A stretch of DNA of 55,877 nucleotides from a virus. Below, piece by piece: positions 8,882-17,593 of this stretch. The stretch lies in IMG/VR virus record IMGVR_UViG_3300045988_101944; one strand, written 5' to 3'. The notes beneath the pieces were generated by a model that was not told the origin of the DNA, did no database searches, and saw nothing but the letters and a program-made list of their open reading frames with translations. A program made the position numbers and the translations under genes. How positions within the stretch are numbered: the stretch's first letter is position 1; each line of letters begins with the position of its first letter.

Positions 8882-9011
8882 AACACCACGCTACAAATAC
8901 CGTAACATGGATAATCCTAAATGGCTTCACACGCTTTTTACACTCTACTAATTAGGATTTTTCGCTAGCAGTTATACACCCTCTGCATCAACCCGGTTTA
9001 CCGGGTACTCG

Positions 9012-9182
9012 TTATTCCTTTCTTAAATCGGATTTGCTTTGTTCTCTTGCTTCAATCTGTAATATATGTATAAATTCTCTTTGTGTTTCTACATATTCAC
9101 AGTTTTTCTTTTCAGGATATTCTTTTATATAAGTATCTATCCTGTTTTCGATTTTCTTAATAATCTTCTTTTCGTCTATCAT
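9012..9182 (-). CDS. Small hypothetical ORF (56 aa)
   Basis: Own translation MIDEKKIIKKIENRIDTYIKEYPEKKNCEYVETQREF...; below the track cut-off. Confidence 0.35.
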   Translation of the reverse strand: MIDEKKIIKKIENRIDTYIKEYPEKKNCEYVETQREFIHILQIEAREQSKSDLRKE

Positions 9183-9191
9183 ATTTACCTC

Positions 9192-9755
9192 TTAATGCAA
9201 CTTATAACCAGTCCGTCTTAACATTCGCTCAAAGTAATATTCTGCTGTGTTATTATCGGGGTCAAGTTGCATTTCTAAATACCGATTTGTGCAATACTCC
9301 ATGATGTAATCAAGCCGACCAGTGTTTTTATCGTTACTGCTAAAATTCCATAATTCATTTAGCACCATCAAGACTATTGCGACTGATGTTACAAACAACT
9401 CATGCTTTGATGCACAATAAATCTTTGTAGGAATATCAGCTATATCTTGATACATTCCCAGTGCATCTAGTTTCTTTTCAAACTTCTCAGCATAGTAATT
9501 TGCAACAAATCTAACACCTGTATCATCAAGTCTTGCACTTTCTCTCCCCATAACATTGAGTAACTGTTGTGCTTTATTATTGCTAAACTTGTATTTACTA
9601 TGTAACACTTCAAGGCACGCACTAACACCTATCGCTCTGCCATCAATAATGCCTTGCTCTTTTGCTCTTTCTAAGCTACCAACTTTCCCTTTTTTCTTCT
9701 CGATTTTGTTCCTCTGCAATCTCTCACGCCTTATAGCGGCTCTCCTTGCACTCAT
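9192..9755 (-). CDS. Hypothetical protein
   Basis: 187 aa track ORF. Confidence 0.55.
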   Translation of the reverse strand: MSARRAAIRRERLQRNKIEKKKGKVGSLERAKEQGIIDGRAIGVSACLEVLHSKYKFSNNKAQQLLNVMGRESARLDDTGVRFVANYYAEKFEKKLDALGMYQDIADIPTKIYCASKHELFVTSVAIVLMVLNELWNFSSNDKNTGRLDYIMEYCTNRYLEMQLDPDNNTAEYYFERMLRRTGYKLH

Positions 9756-9770
9756 TTGTAGTTCAACTCC

Positions 9771-10028
9771 TTAATCTTTTAACTCGTCTAATCTTCCTGA
9801 CAACACTAATGCAGTAGCTTCTATTACTATTGACATAAGCGTCATATCAAGTTCATCCCAACTTATATCATTCTTTGTTTCTTTTCTCTGACCGGCAGTC
9901 TTCTGCGTTGTCATTTCGATAAGGTCAAAAACATACTCCTTTAAAGCTGGTATATTTTCTTTCTGACCTTTATCCATGAGAAATTTCCACATGGTAGTTT
10001 TAATTGAGTTTGCTGGATTTTCTTTCAT
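9771..10028 (-). CDS. Hypothetical protein
   Basis: 85 aa track ORF. Confidence 0.45.
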   Translation of the reverse strand: MKENPANSIKTTMWKFLMDKGQKENIPALKEYVFDLIEMTTQKTAGQRKETKNDISWDELDMTLMSIVIEATALVLSGRLDELKD

Positions 10029-10378
10029 ACTTCCACCTCATCATCTTTCGGGAACTGGAAATAATTCTGTGTCATCTTGTCAAAATCAGTTTTCGACAAA
10101 CCTCTTACGAATGAAATACCTTTTTCGGTATTTATTATTGTTTTAAGAAAAGCAACCTTTTCATGTTGCTCTCTAAACATTTCCATAGCCTTTAAAGCCT
10201 TTTCTTTGCTTGAATACTCTGCAATAATTCCATTATAGATTTCAGATGGCGGTGCTACGCATTCTCTGCAACAAGCAATTTTGTTATCTTTTGTTATTCC
10301 AAACACAAATTTCTCATAAGGCAAATCAACATTGCCATTCTGGCTAATTATTCTCATAGAACTCCTTTCTAACATCAA
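10025..10378 (-). CDS. Hypothetical protein
   Basis: 117 aa track ORF with a 4-nt overlap with its neighbour. Confidence 0.45.
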   Translation of the reverse strand: MMLERSSMRIISQNGNVDLPYEKFVFGITKDNKIACCRECVAPPSEIYNGIIAEYSSKEKALKAMEMFREQHEKVAFLKTIINTEKGISFVRGLSKTDFDKMTQNYFQFPKDDEVEV

Positions 10379-10766
10379 CCACCCTGCATTTAAGTTTGTA
10401 ACTCAAATCGTTAATAGGTGGTCTTTTACTCGGACAGCAGATAAACTCTCTGCAAATCCTAGGTCTGACTGAATAAATCTCGCATTTTTCTTTCAACTTA
10501 TCATCATTAAGAAACGGACAAGTTATATCCATTGATGGTGTAGCTGTCGGATAATTATGTCTGTGTTCCTTAATATGATGTTTTTTGATGTACCTGCGGA
10601 TTGTTGCAATCTCATCTTCTGTCATAGGAAGTAAGTTGCTACAACAATTACCGCATTGAGTGCACTCTCCGTTGCAAGTCAAGTCATAAGTGCCATTATT
10701 CATATCAGCCATCATCTGTTCTAAATTTGCCGATTTCATATTCTCACCTTCTTTCTTTTTTCCCAA
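10344..10766 (-). CDS. YkgJ-family (UPF0153) cysteine-cluster protein
   Basis: Contains CTQCGNCCSNLLPMTEDE...CPFL...CEIYSVRPRICREFIC. Confidence 0.65.
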   Translation of the reverse strand: MGKKKEGENMKSANLEQMMADMNNGTYDLTCNGECTQCGNCCSNLLPMTEDEIATIRRYIKKHHIKEHRHNYPTATPSMDITCPFLNDDKLKEKCEIYSVRPRICREFICCPSKRPPINDLSYKLKCRVVDVRKEFYENN

Positions 10767-11089
10767 CTTTCTAAATCCGAATCATCAATATTTTTTATTT
10801 CTTCAAGTATTGAAGTTCCTATGGCATACAATTTTTTTAATATCATATGCTCAACTCTTACAAGAAAATCTCTAAGAAGTTCGTTTTCTTTTCTACAAAC
10901 AGTAATGCTCACATTGCCATTAAAGTGACTGCAAGCATATGTTCCTGCTTCATATTCTTCGCCATAATAATAAAAATATAAATTGTATTTTTCTCCAAGC
11001 AGCCATGGTTGGAGACATGCTATAGTAACATATTCATTTTTAATTTTTATTTTAAAATCATACTGGTGTTTATTTCTTACTACTTTCAA
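10736..11089 (-). CDS. Hypothetical protein
   Basis: 117 aa track ORF. Confidence 0.45.
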   Translation of the reverse strand: MKVVRNKHQYDFKIKIKNEYVTIACLQPWLLGEKYNLYFYYYGEEYEAGTYACSHFNGNVSITVCRKENELLRDFLVRVEHMILKKLYAIGTSILEEIKNIDDSDLESWEKRKKVRI

Positions 11090-11496
11090 TTATTTCCCCT
11101 TTCCAAAACCTCGATTTCCACAACAACTATCGAATTTTCTTTGTCAACTTCTGTGTGAAAAACGCTGTCGTAAACATCATCCCAGCCGTCATTTTTTATA
11201 ACTTTTGCCAACTGCAAAGCATCTAAAAACGATTTTTCAATCGCACTATATAAATTACTTCTGTCGTGCCTTTTATCTGCTGTATAGATGTGATAAGTAC
11301 ATCTGATAGGCTTATCAATATGCACCGATGGCAAGCACCTTTTTATTGCTTTTAAGCACACTCTGTCGTTAAAAGTTTTAACAGGATTATGATACTTTTT
11401 TGTCCTGGGATTATACAATCTGCTTTCTAACAGTTCGTTTAATCCTTTTAATGGAAATATACTATCCACTCCTTTTATAACTACTTTGTATGTCAT
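11086..11496 (-). CDS. RusA-like Holliday junction resolvase
   Basis: 136 aa. The pattern DRSNLYSAIEKSFLDALQLAKVIKNDGWDDV (D..N...K...D) and a position beside the recombination genes support the call. Confidence 0.65.
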   Translation of the reverse strand: MTYKVVIKGVDSIFPLKGLNELLESRLYNPRTKKYHNPVKTFNDRVCLKAIKRCLPSVHIDKPIRCTYHIYTADKRHDRSNLYSAIEKSFLDALQLAKVIKNDGWDDVYDSVFHTEVDKENSIVVVEIEVLERGNN

Positions 11497-12341
11497 TATT
11501 TCTTTTCCTCTTTCTGTGCTTTCTCTTTTTCTTCTTTCTCAGCTTCTTCAAGTAAAGCAGTCATCTGACTTGCTGTTTTTGGCTGTTCAAACCAATCTGA
11601 AACCGTTGTTTCTTTCTGTGCCAAACCGTTGAAAATACCTATATACTCTGTCAGTTCATCTTCACTGATACTCTCGACAGTGTGGTCTAATCTCTTTTCA
11701 AGCATTTCCTTTGTGACACCGTATTTTGCAAACGCAACCACCATGTTTTTGACTTTATCGGCAAATGGTATTCCGTTCTGCCCTGCAAGTGTTTTCTTGC
11801 ACTCTTTTATGCAATCTTCCACCAAGTCGGGTGGTAAAATTGCTAAAATACGGCTTCTTACTCTTCTTGAAGCATCGTTTGCAGTGCGTTCATAAACATC
11901 TCTTTGACTTGTCAATTTTCTGTTACCCTGTCTTGTTTCCATAATATGCTCAACGGTAAAATTCTGAACTGAAATGGTATTCGTTTCAAGGTCCCACGCA
12001 TATGCCTGCATTTCTGATTTGCCTTCTTCGTGTGACAGCTCCTTAAAGCCGTAGTCAATGTTCCCATAACATCTTGCTAATTCCTCAGCAAATCTAATTG
12101 TCACTCCTGTTACCGTCTGCCCCCCTCGTGGATATGCAAAAAACGCTTTATCTGCAAAGCCTTTACGCTGGCACGCTTCAATAGCTGTTGCATAGCAATT
12201 TGTATAATTTCTCGGAAACTGCTTTGCAAGTAACAATTTTCCCTGTGCTTCTGTTATTGCTCTGCTACTTTCAACTGCGACTGTACCTTGATTTATGTTG
12301 TTAAAAGGTACATGATTGTTATTATTACTCACTTCATTCAT
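11496..12341 (-). CDS. Putative single-strand annealing recombinase
   Basis: 281 aa. It sits in the recombination block, with one ORF between it and the upstream PD-(D/E)XK exonuclease and directly upstream of RusA. The family is not firmly recognised. Confidence 0.4.
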   Translation of the reverse strand: MNEVSNNNNHVPFNNINQGTVAVESSRAITEAQGKLLLAKQFPRNYTNCYATAIEACQRKGFADKAFFAYPRGGQTVTGVTIRFAEELARCYGNIDYGFKELSHEEGKSEMQAYAWDLETNTISVQNFTVEHIMETRQGNRKLTSQRDVYERTANDASRRVRSRILAILPPDLVEDCIKECKKTLAGQNGIPFADKVKNMVVAFAKYGVTKEMLEKRLDHTVESISEDELTEYIGIFNGLAQKETTVSDWFEQPKTASQMTALLEEAEKEEKEKAQKEEKK

Positions 12342-12344
12342 GTT

Positions 12345-12884
12345 CTAATCCTCACTTTCTTCAAAATCTTTTAACTGCTCTGCTAACTTCTTGCACTCTG
12401 CTGCCACATAGTCTTCTGTACGGACTGCCAAGTCATCAATGGGATATACTTTTTCAAGTTCAATCCGCATTGCAATACTTGCCTTGTACTTTGGAAATCT
12501 CTTATAAGCAAGTTCCAATTCTTTCCCATCGTCACAATGTCCGCAGTCAAAGCCAAACCACCATAAATCACTTTCTATTGGATAGTTTGAATTTTCTCCG
12601 CCATCTGCAAAAGTAATGCCACCATGCACTGAAAAATATGCTTCAATTCGTATTCTTTCGTCTTTATCAAGGCAAGCTCCAAGCAAAGGAAAAATACCGC
12701 TTATTTTTCGGTCTCCGACATCTGCTTTCTTAATTTCAAGATAGTCTGAATAGTCCTTGCCATATAGTGAATGATTTTTAGGAATACCTACATATCCGCA
12801 CCTATATCCTCCAACACCAAATGTTACAACACACTTATATCCTGAGTGTTCAAACTCACGCTCTACAATATATCTATCACCCAT
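12345..12884 (-). CDS. Hypothetical protein
   Basis: 179 aa track ORF. Confidence 0.5.
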   Translation of the reverse strand: MGDRYIVEREFEHSGYKCVVTFGVGGYRCGYVGIPKNHSLYGKDYSDYLEIKKADVGDRKISGIFPLLGACLDKDERIRIEAYFSVHGGITFADGGENSNYPIESDLWWFGFDCGHCDDGKELELAYKRFPKYKASIAMRIELEKVYPIDDLAVRTEDYVAAECKKLAEQLKDFEESED

Positions 12885-12906
12885 TTATTTCACCTCAAAT
12901 TCTTTT

Positions 12907-13713
12907 CTATTCGTATTGCTTTTGCAACCAGCTTGGTAAACCAAGCGTGTTTACCTCGCCATTTGTGTAACCATACCAGTTGCCGCTTTCTAAACACTCT
13001 TTGTAGACATTAAGATAGGTTCTATACATATCCCTACCACTTTTCAAAAAGTATTCGTTTGCTTCTAAAACATTCACACAATACGGCGGTGTTTTTTCCT
13101 GTGCTATGAAGATTACTGAGTGTTCATAGCCTGTTACTTTATCCATAATGTCTTTATAAAATGCCATTTGTAGGTCATACATTAAGTTGATTGCGTCACG
13201 CATGAACTTGTCACCGCTGGCATCTGAGCAAGATTTGTAGTCAATAAGAATATGTGTATCTCCAACCTGTGTCTGACAGTCGGGACGGCACTTTACAGTT
13301 AAGCCTGTTTCATCATCTTCCGTAAAGTAAGATGCTTCTTTTTTGCCTTTTAATAATTGGCTTACAAAAGGTGTCTGATATAATGTTTCTCTCATGCCTT
13401 TTATCTTTTCAAAATCATCAAGCGAAATTATGTCTTTACCCTCGTTTTGGTCTTGAAATAAAAGCCACTGAGCCTTGCCCTCTTTGGTTCTTTTGTTCAC
13501 TTCGGACGCTATCGCAAATTCCTCAGTGAACTTATCTTTTTCAAGAACATATTTATGTACGGCTCTACCGAAAAGCAACGCTGGGGTGCTTTCTTCGGGA
13601 TTATCTTTCCAGTAACGGAAGTGAGCCGGTGACTTTGCAATCTTCTTTAAATCGGTACTGCTCACTCCCTCTCTAGCCCGATACTCCTTGTTACTTATTA
13701 TTAAATCTTTCAC
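12907..13713 (-). CDS. PD-(D/E)XK exonuclease (DUF3799 / exonuclease VIII-like)
   Basis: Contains ISNKEYRAREGVSSTDLKK...ALLFGRAVHKYVLE...ILIDYKSC. Confidence 0.65.
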   Translation of the reverse strand: MKDLIISNKEYRAREGVSSTDLKKIAKSPAHFRYWKDNPEESTPALLFGRAVHKYVLEKDKFTEEFAIASEVNKRTKEGKAQWLLFQDQNEGKDIISLDDFEKIKGMRETLYQTPFVSQLLKGKKEASYFTEDDETGLTVKCRPDCQTQVGDTHILIDYKSCSDASGDKFMRDAINLMYDLQMAFYKDIMDKVTGYEHSVIFIAQEKTPPYCVNVLEANEYFLKSGRDMYRTYLNVYKECLESGNWYGYTNGEVNTLGLPSWLQKQYE

Positions 13714-14092
13714 GCATTCTCTCCATTTCTCTTGCTATTTTATCAGCTTCTTCAATAGCAAGCTCTGTATTGAGGATTCTCAATATATTTTCTTTTGACG
13801 CATATTCTTCTGTTTTTAAATAGTTTGTCAAAACATCAATGCGTGCTTGTTGTTCTACAAAAACATCATATAAAGTCTTTGTGATTGGAGTAAAACCTTT
13901 AAAGCAATTTTCACTTAACGAACTATCCACTTCTAAGATTTCCAGCAATGTTTCATCGCTCAGAGTTCCATGTCTGAGCAACTCCACCGCAATGTCTATC
14001 TTTGTTGAATTGTAAATAAACTTACGATATAAAGACGCTGCCACTTTATTTTCAGCTTCGTTGTCGTTCCTTTTCACTTCAATATCACACAT
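13691..14092 (-). CDS. Hypothetical protein
   Basis: 133 aa track ORF. Confidence 0.45.
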   Translation of the reverse strand: MCDIEVKRNDNEAENKVAASLYRKFIYNSTKIDIAVELLRHGTLSDETLLEILEVDSSLSENCFKGFTPITKTLYDVFVEQQARIDVLTNYLKTEEYASKENILRILNTELAIEEADKIAREMERMRERFNNK

Positions 14093-14214
14093 TTTCTTTC
14101 TCCTCTCTTATAATTGTTATGTACTTACCCTCGTCGATAATAAAAGCAAATCTTAACTTCTTTATTGCTTTTTCTAACTCAAATACTGACATTTCATTTA
14201 TATCTTTTACTATC

Positions 14215-15261
14215 TTATTCATCTTCTACCTCTTCGATTTCACCATTTACCATAGTGTAAAAAGTATTTTCTTTGATTTTTTTGCCATCAACTCTTACCA
14301 TCTTTGCTCCCTTGAGCGACCATAATTCCGGTGTCCAGTAATTATTTTCGTCACCCTCCCAATCAGCTAATACAAGATAAGAGCCTATGACGCCCTTTGC
14401 TTTTCCGTGATAGCCCCAAGCAACAGCTATACTGTTTTCGCATTCTGCTGATGATACCGAACAATACCCGGTTGCTGATGATACCGAACAATACCCGGTT
14501 GCTGATGATGCCGAACAATACCCGGTTGCTGAGGATGCTCCGTAATCTCCTGTTGCTGAGGATGCTCCGTAATCTCCTGTCGCTGAGGATGCTCCGTAAT
14601 CTCCGGTTGCTGAGGATGCTCCTTTATATCCTGTCGCTGAGGATGCTCCGTTATCTCCTGTCGCTGAGGATGCTCCTTTATCTCCGGTTGCTGAGGATGC
14701 TCCGTAATTTCCTGTCGCTGAGGATGCTCCGTAATCTCCGGTTGCTGAGGATGCTCCTTTATATCCTGTCGCTGAGGATGCTCCTTTATCTCCTGTCGCT
14801 GAGGATGCTCCTTTATCTCCGGTTGCTGAGGATGCTCCTTTATCTCCGGTTGCTGAGGATGCTCCGTAATTTCCTGTCGCTGAGGATGCTCCTTTATATC
14901 CTGTCGCTGAGGATGCTCCGTAATCTCCTGTCGCATCATTTTCTTTATTTGTTCTTTTAGTTGTGTATTCAATAGCCGCTTTGACAATGCCTGCAATATT
15001 GATTGATGCACCTATTTTAATTTTGGATGATGCAACTTTGGTGTCATCATCACTGTGGCTAATTTCTCCATCCTGTTCTACCTCGTGATATACGCTATCA
15101 TTTGGATAGTAATAACGAAAACAATCAAGTGGATACTCGCACGCATGAAACCCCGTTTCACACACTTCTGCTTTATCAGTTTCATATTCTTTGCCATCTT
15201 CGTACTGAAAGCCCCTGCAAGTCATATCCTTGTTAAAACCTTTGTATGTTTTTATACTCAT
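14215..15261 (-). CDS. Repeat protein: conserved N-terminal domain, 18 tandem 9-aa G-x-x-G-A-S-S-A-T units, then a C-terminal domain
   Basis: 348 aa. The repeats were read directly in the translation and as 27-nt DNA units. Confidence 0.8.
   Translation of the reverse strand: MSIKTYKGFNKDMTCRGFQYEDGKEYETDKAEVCETGFHACEYPLDCFRYYYPNDSVYHEVEQDGEISHSDDDTKVASSKIKIGASINIAGIVKAAIEYTTKRTNKENDATGDYGASSATGYKGASSATGNYGASSATGDKGASSATGDKGASSATGDKGASSATGYKGASSATGDYGASSATGNYGASSATGDKGASSATGDNGASSATGYKGASSATGDYGASSATGDYGASSATGDYGASSATGYCSASSATGYCSVSSATGYCSVSSAECENSIAVAWGYHGKAKGVIGSYLVLADWEGDENNYWTPELWSLKGAKMVRVDGKKIKENTFYTMVNGEIEEVEDE
14443..14928 (-). repeat. 18 x 27-nt in-frame tandem repeat inside CDS 14215..15261
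   Basis: Units encode G[DNY][YKNC][GS][AV]SSA[TE]. Variation is confined largely to the second and third residue of each unit. Confidence 0.9.
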
Positions 15262-15418
15262 AATATATATCCTTTCTATTTTCTACCCGACAGCAACGAC
15301 CAAATAATCAAAGCCGCCATTTCTACAAATAAAGTTGCCAAAATTCCTAAAACAAATGGGTTTACGAACATATTTACCTCGCTTTCTATTCATCTGTCAA
15401 TTTACCTAACCTGTGGAT

Positions 15419-15688
15419 TTATTCATTATTTTCCACTAAATCTTTAACGTATTTACAGCTATCATCGTATGTAATATTAATTCCTTTCTTCCTAAAAACT
15501 TTCAAGTCATTTACTCTATAATCAGCTATACGATACCAACCACTATCAGGGTTGAATCCATCACTAAAAACATGTTTTGTATTGAATCTACCTTCACAGT
15601 TATATAGTCCTTCCATACATCCATGACCATATACATTGATGTCAATTAAATTATCTTCTCTTTCTTTGCACATATATCTTATTCCCAT
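15419..15688 (-). CDS. Hypothetical protein
   Basis: 89 aa track ORF. Confidence 0.45.
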   Translation of the reverse strand: MGIRYMCKEREDNLIDINVYGHGCMEGLYNCEGRFNTKHVFSDGFNPDSGWYRIADYRVNDLKVFRKKGINITYDDSCKYVKDLVENNE

Positions 15689-15728
15689 ATATCTATATCT
15701 TCCTTTCGAATGAAATAATGGTTTCTTG

Positions 15729-15977
15729 TTACTTATTTTTAGCAGTAAATCCCATTACCAATAATGTAAAACCATCTCGGTTCATAAGGTACATTGGATA
15801 TTCCTGTTTATTTTGTGGATGAATGTAACTACTTTTTACAAACAGGGGGTCTCCACCATTTTGGGCACACCCTTTTCCAATTAAATCAGAGTACATTCTT
15901 TCTATTTCTGAAATCAGCTTGTCATGTCTTTTTCCAAACTTTTCAGCCACATCACGACAACATGAAAGTTCATCCAT
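15729..15977 (-). CDS. Short Rha-family regulatory protein (N-terminal domain only)
   Basis: VAEKFGKRHDKLISEI...PMYLMNRDGFTLLVMGFT is paralogous to 51542..52195. Confidence 0.55.
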   Translation of the reverse strand: MDELSCCRDVAEKFGKRHDKLISEIERMYSDLIGKGCAQNGGDPLFVKSSYIHPQNKQEYPMYLMNRDGFTLLVMGFTAKNK

Positions 15978-16003
15978 GATTTCTTATATTCTCTCCTCTC
16001 TTG

Positions 16004-16754
16004 TCATGCTGTTACCTCCAAATTCAACTGTGCATTGTTTTCTGCTATTTCTTCCTGTAAAACAAACGGCACATTGTAATTTCTCACAAACGCAACAGCT
16101 TTGTCGCACTGATTACGCTTTATAGCCTTATAAGTTGTGACACCGAACTGCCTTTTTACTTCTCTGTGAATGTCTGCATATACACGACTACGCAAAGACC
16201 TGTCCTTGTATGAATTACTGTCCTTGCCACCTAAGACCTCAACCCCTTTTGTCTTGACTGCTTTTGTTATCAAATCGCAATCAACCGCAAGTAAAGGCAT
16301 TGTTTCTTTCAGTTCTTCAACCTCTGCTTCGACTTCATCTACTCTGTGAGTTAATTCCTCGTCGCTCTGTGCAAGTAAGTGGATTTTTTCTGCTGTTGTC
16401 ATAGGCTTAGACTGTTTAAAATAGCTTTTCACTAATTGTCGCTGCACTTCCCACGCTAAATCATCAGTAAACGATTTTACTAACATCAAATATCCACTTT
16501 CTGTAATCAATGTTTTATCTTTAAAATCATTATCAGATATAGGGAATATGTGGGTTTTCCGAATTTCGGAAGAACTTACAGTGAAATAATCTTCACCCTC
16601 AATGAACCTTTTCTTGTTATCAATAAATCTTTTGTTTGCTGTTCCGCTCGGTCTTTGATGTTACTGTATCAATGTCTTTAAATGTCACTACTCTTTGACC
16701 GTTGTATTCTTTAATAAGAACTTCTGCTTCTCCGATACAAATTAAATCATTCAT
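16004..16754 (-). pseudogene. ORF6N/ORF6C-type antirepressor disrupted by a +1 frameshift near 16660-16664
   Basis: The ATG at 16754 gives MNDLICIGEAEVLIKEYNGQRVVTFKDIDTV. One base later the other frame continues HQRPSGTANKRFIDNKKRFIEGEDYF...ITESGYLMLVKSF into track ORF 16004..16510. Confidence 0.6.
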
Positions 16755-16912
16755 TGTGCACACCTCACTCTCTCTCCGTCTGCTATTTCCTTATCTCTTA
16801 AAGCTGACAGATAAATAACTGCTATTGTCTTACTTTCTTCTGAAAGTGTTGAAAAAATAGTTGAAATTTTCTTAGCGTCTTCAATATCTTTTTTTCTTAA
16901 AGCCTGTGCCAT
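16751..16912 (-). CDS. First gene of the early operon (53 aa, Cro-position protein)
   Basis: The internal ATG at 16912 is preceded by GAAAGTGAGGTGG. It forms an ATGA overlap with the next gene. Confidence 0.45.
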   Translation of the reverse strand: MAQALRKKDIEDAKKISTIFSTLSEESKTIAVIYLSALRDKEIADGERVRCAQ

Positions 16913-16940
16913 ATTAACCACCTCACTTTCAAATATATTT

Positions 16941-17048
16941 TGTACTTTGTACGATTTAATAATAGTACTTTGTAGTTGTAATGTCAACAACTTTTTTGTA
17001 CTTTGTACAATTTTTTATATTGATTTTTATATTTTTATGTTTTATAAT
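16941..17048. promoter_or_regulatory. Lysogeny switch region with three operators and divergent promoters
   Basis: TGTACTTTGTAC occurs at 16941-16952 and 16997-17008, with the variant AGTACTTTGTAG at 16964-16975. The minus-strand promoter has TTGACA (16987-16982), a 17-nt spacer and TATTAT (16964-16959). The plus-strand promoter has TTGATT (17020-17025), a 17-nt spacer and TATAAT (17043-17048). Confidence 0.65.
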
Positions 17049-17070
17049 AAATTTTAGAAAGGAGGTACAA

Positions 17071-17424
17071 ATGAAAGAACGGCTAAAACAGATTAGAAAA
17101 AACAGTCCTTACGGAAAGACGCAAGATGCTTTTGCTGAATTTCTCGGAATATCAAAACAGAATATTTCAAGCTATGAAACAGGAAGAAGAAGCCCGTCTG
17201 ATGGAGTTATACAACTTATTTGTCAGAAATGTCATGTTAATAAAGAATGGCTTTTAACTGGAAAAGGCGATATGGAAAGTTCTATTGATACTGATTACGA
17301 GTCTGTAGCAGTATATATCGGTGAAACAGACCCTAAAGCTAAACAAGCTATATTGGAATATTGGAAATTATCTGATGAAGATAAAGAATTGTTTTGGAAG
17401 TTTTTTGAAAGATTTATAAAATAA
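17071..17424 (+). CDS. XRE-family HTH repressor (CI-like, no S24 peptidase domain)
   Basis: ATG at 17071 after AAAGGAGG. Contains TQDAFAEFLGISKQNISSYETGRRSPS. It is the only plus-strand gene in this part of the window and is divergent from the early operon. Confidence 0.75.
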   Translation: MKERLKQIRKNSPYGKTQDAFAEFLGISKQNISSYETGRRSPSDGVIQLICQKCHVNKEWLLTGKGDMESSIDTDYESVAVYIGETDPKAKQAILEYWKLSDEDKELFWKFFERFIK

Positions 17425-17428
17425 AAAA

Positions 17429-17460
17429 GGGGCGGGGAATTATTCCTCGCCTTTGTTATT
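17429..17460 (+). terminator. Rho-independent terminator after the repressor gene
   Basis: GGCGGGG-AATTATT-CCTCGCC followed by TTTGTTATTT. Confidence 0.6.
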
Positions 17461-17571
17461 TAAGATTTCTAAGTGTGTTCTGATAACAACTAAGATTTTA
17501 TATAATATTTCGTTGCTGTCAATTTGGTCTACAAGTTCTACAATTTCTCTTTTTAGTTCTTCTTTACTCAA
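17440..17571 (-). CDS. 43-aa ORF with a TTG start, transcribed from the LexA-boxed promoter (candidate SOS-induced antirepressor)
   Basis: AGGAGG lies 8 nt upstream of the TTG. Translation is (M)SKEELKREIVELVDQIDSNEILYKILVVIRTHLEILNNKGEE. Coding status is unproven. Confidence 0.35.
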   Translation of the reverse strand: MSKEELKREIVELVDQIDSNEILYKILVVIRTHLEILNNKGEE

Positions 17572-17593
17572 ATTTAATCCTCCTATGTGACAC

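Noticed and set aside
8882-9011. A preQ1-type riboswitch upstream of the ATP-pyrophosphatase-like gene, suggested by AGAGGG...AAAAATCCTAA.
   Set aside because: The CCCTCT strand needed to close the preQ1-I P1 helix is absent, so the resemblance is superficial. The gene itself does not look like QueC.
14397-15011. Track ORFs 14397..14960 (+) and 14427..15011 (-), with LLRMLRN and EHPQRQEI repeat translations, and the possibility that the 27-nt repeats form a CRISPR-like array.
   Set aside because: They are alternative-frame readings of the same 27-nt tandem repeat inside CDS 14215..15261. The repeats are contiguous with no unique spacers, and the GASSAT frame alone connects to non-repetitive N- and C-terminal domains.
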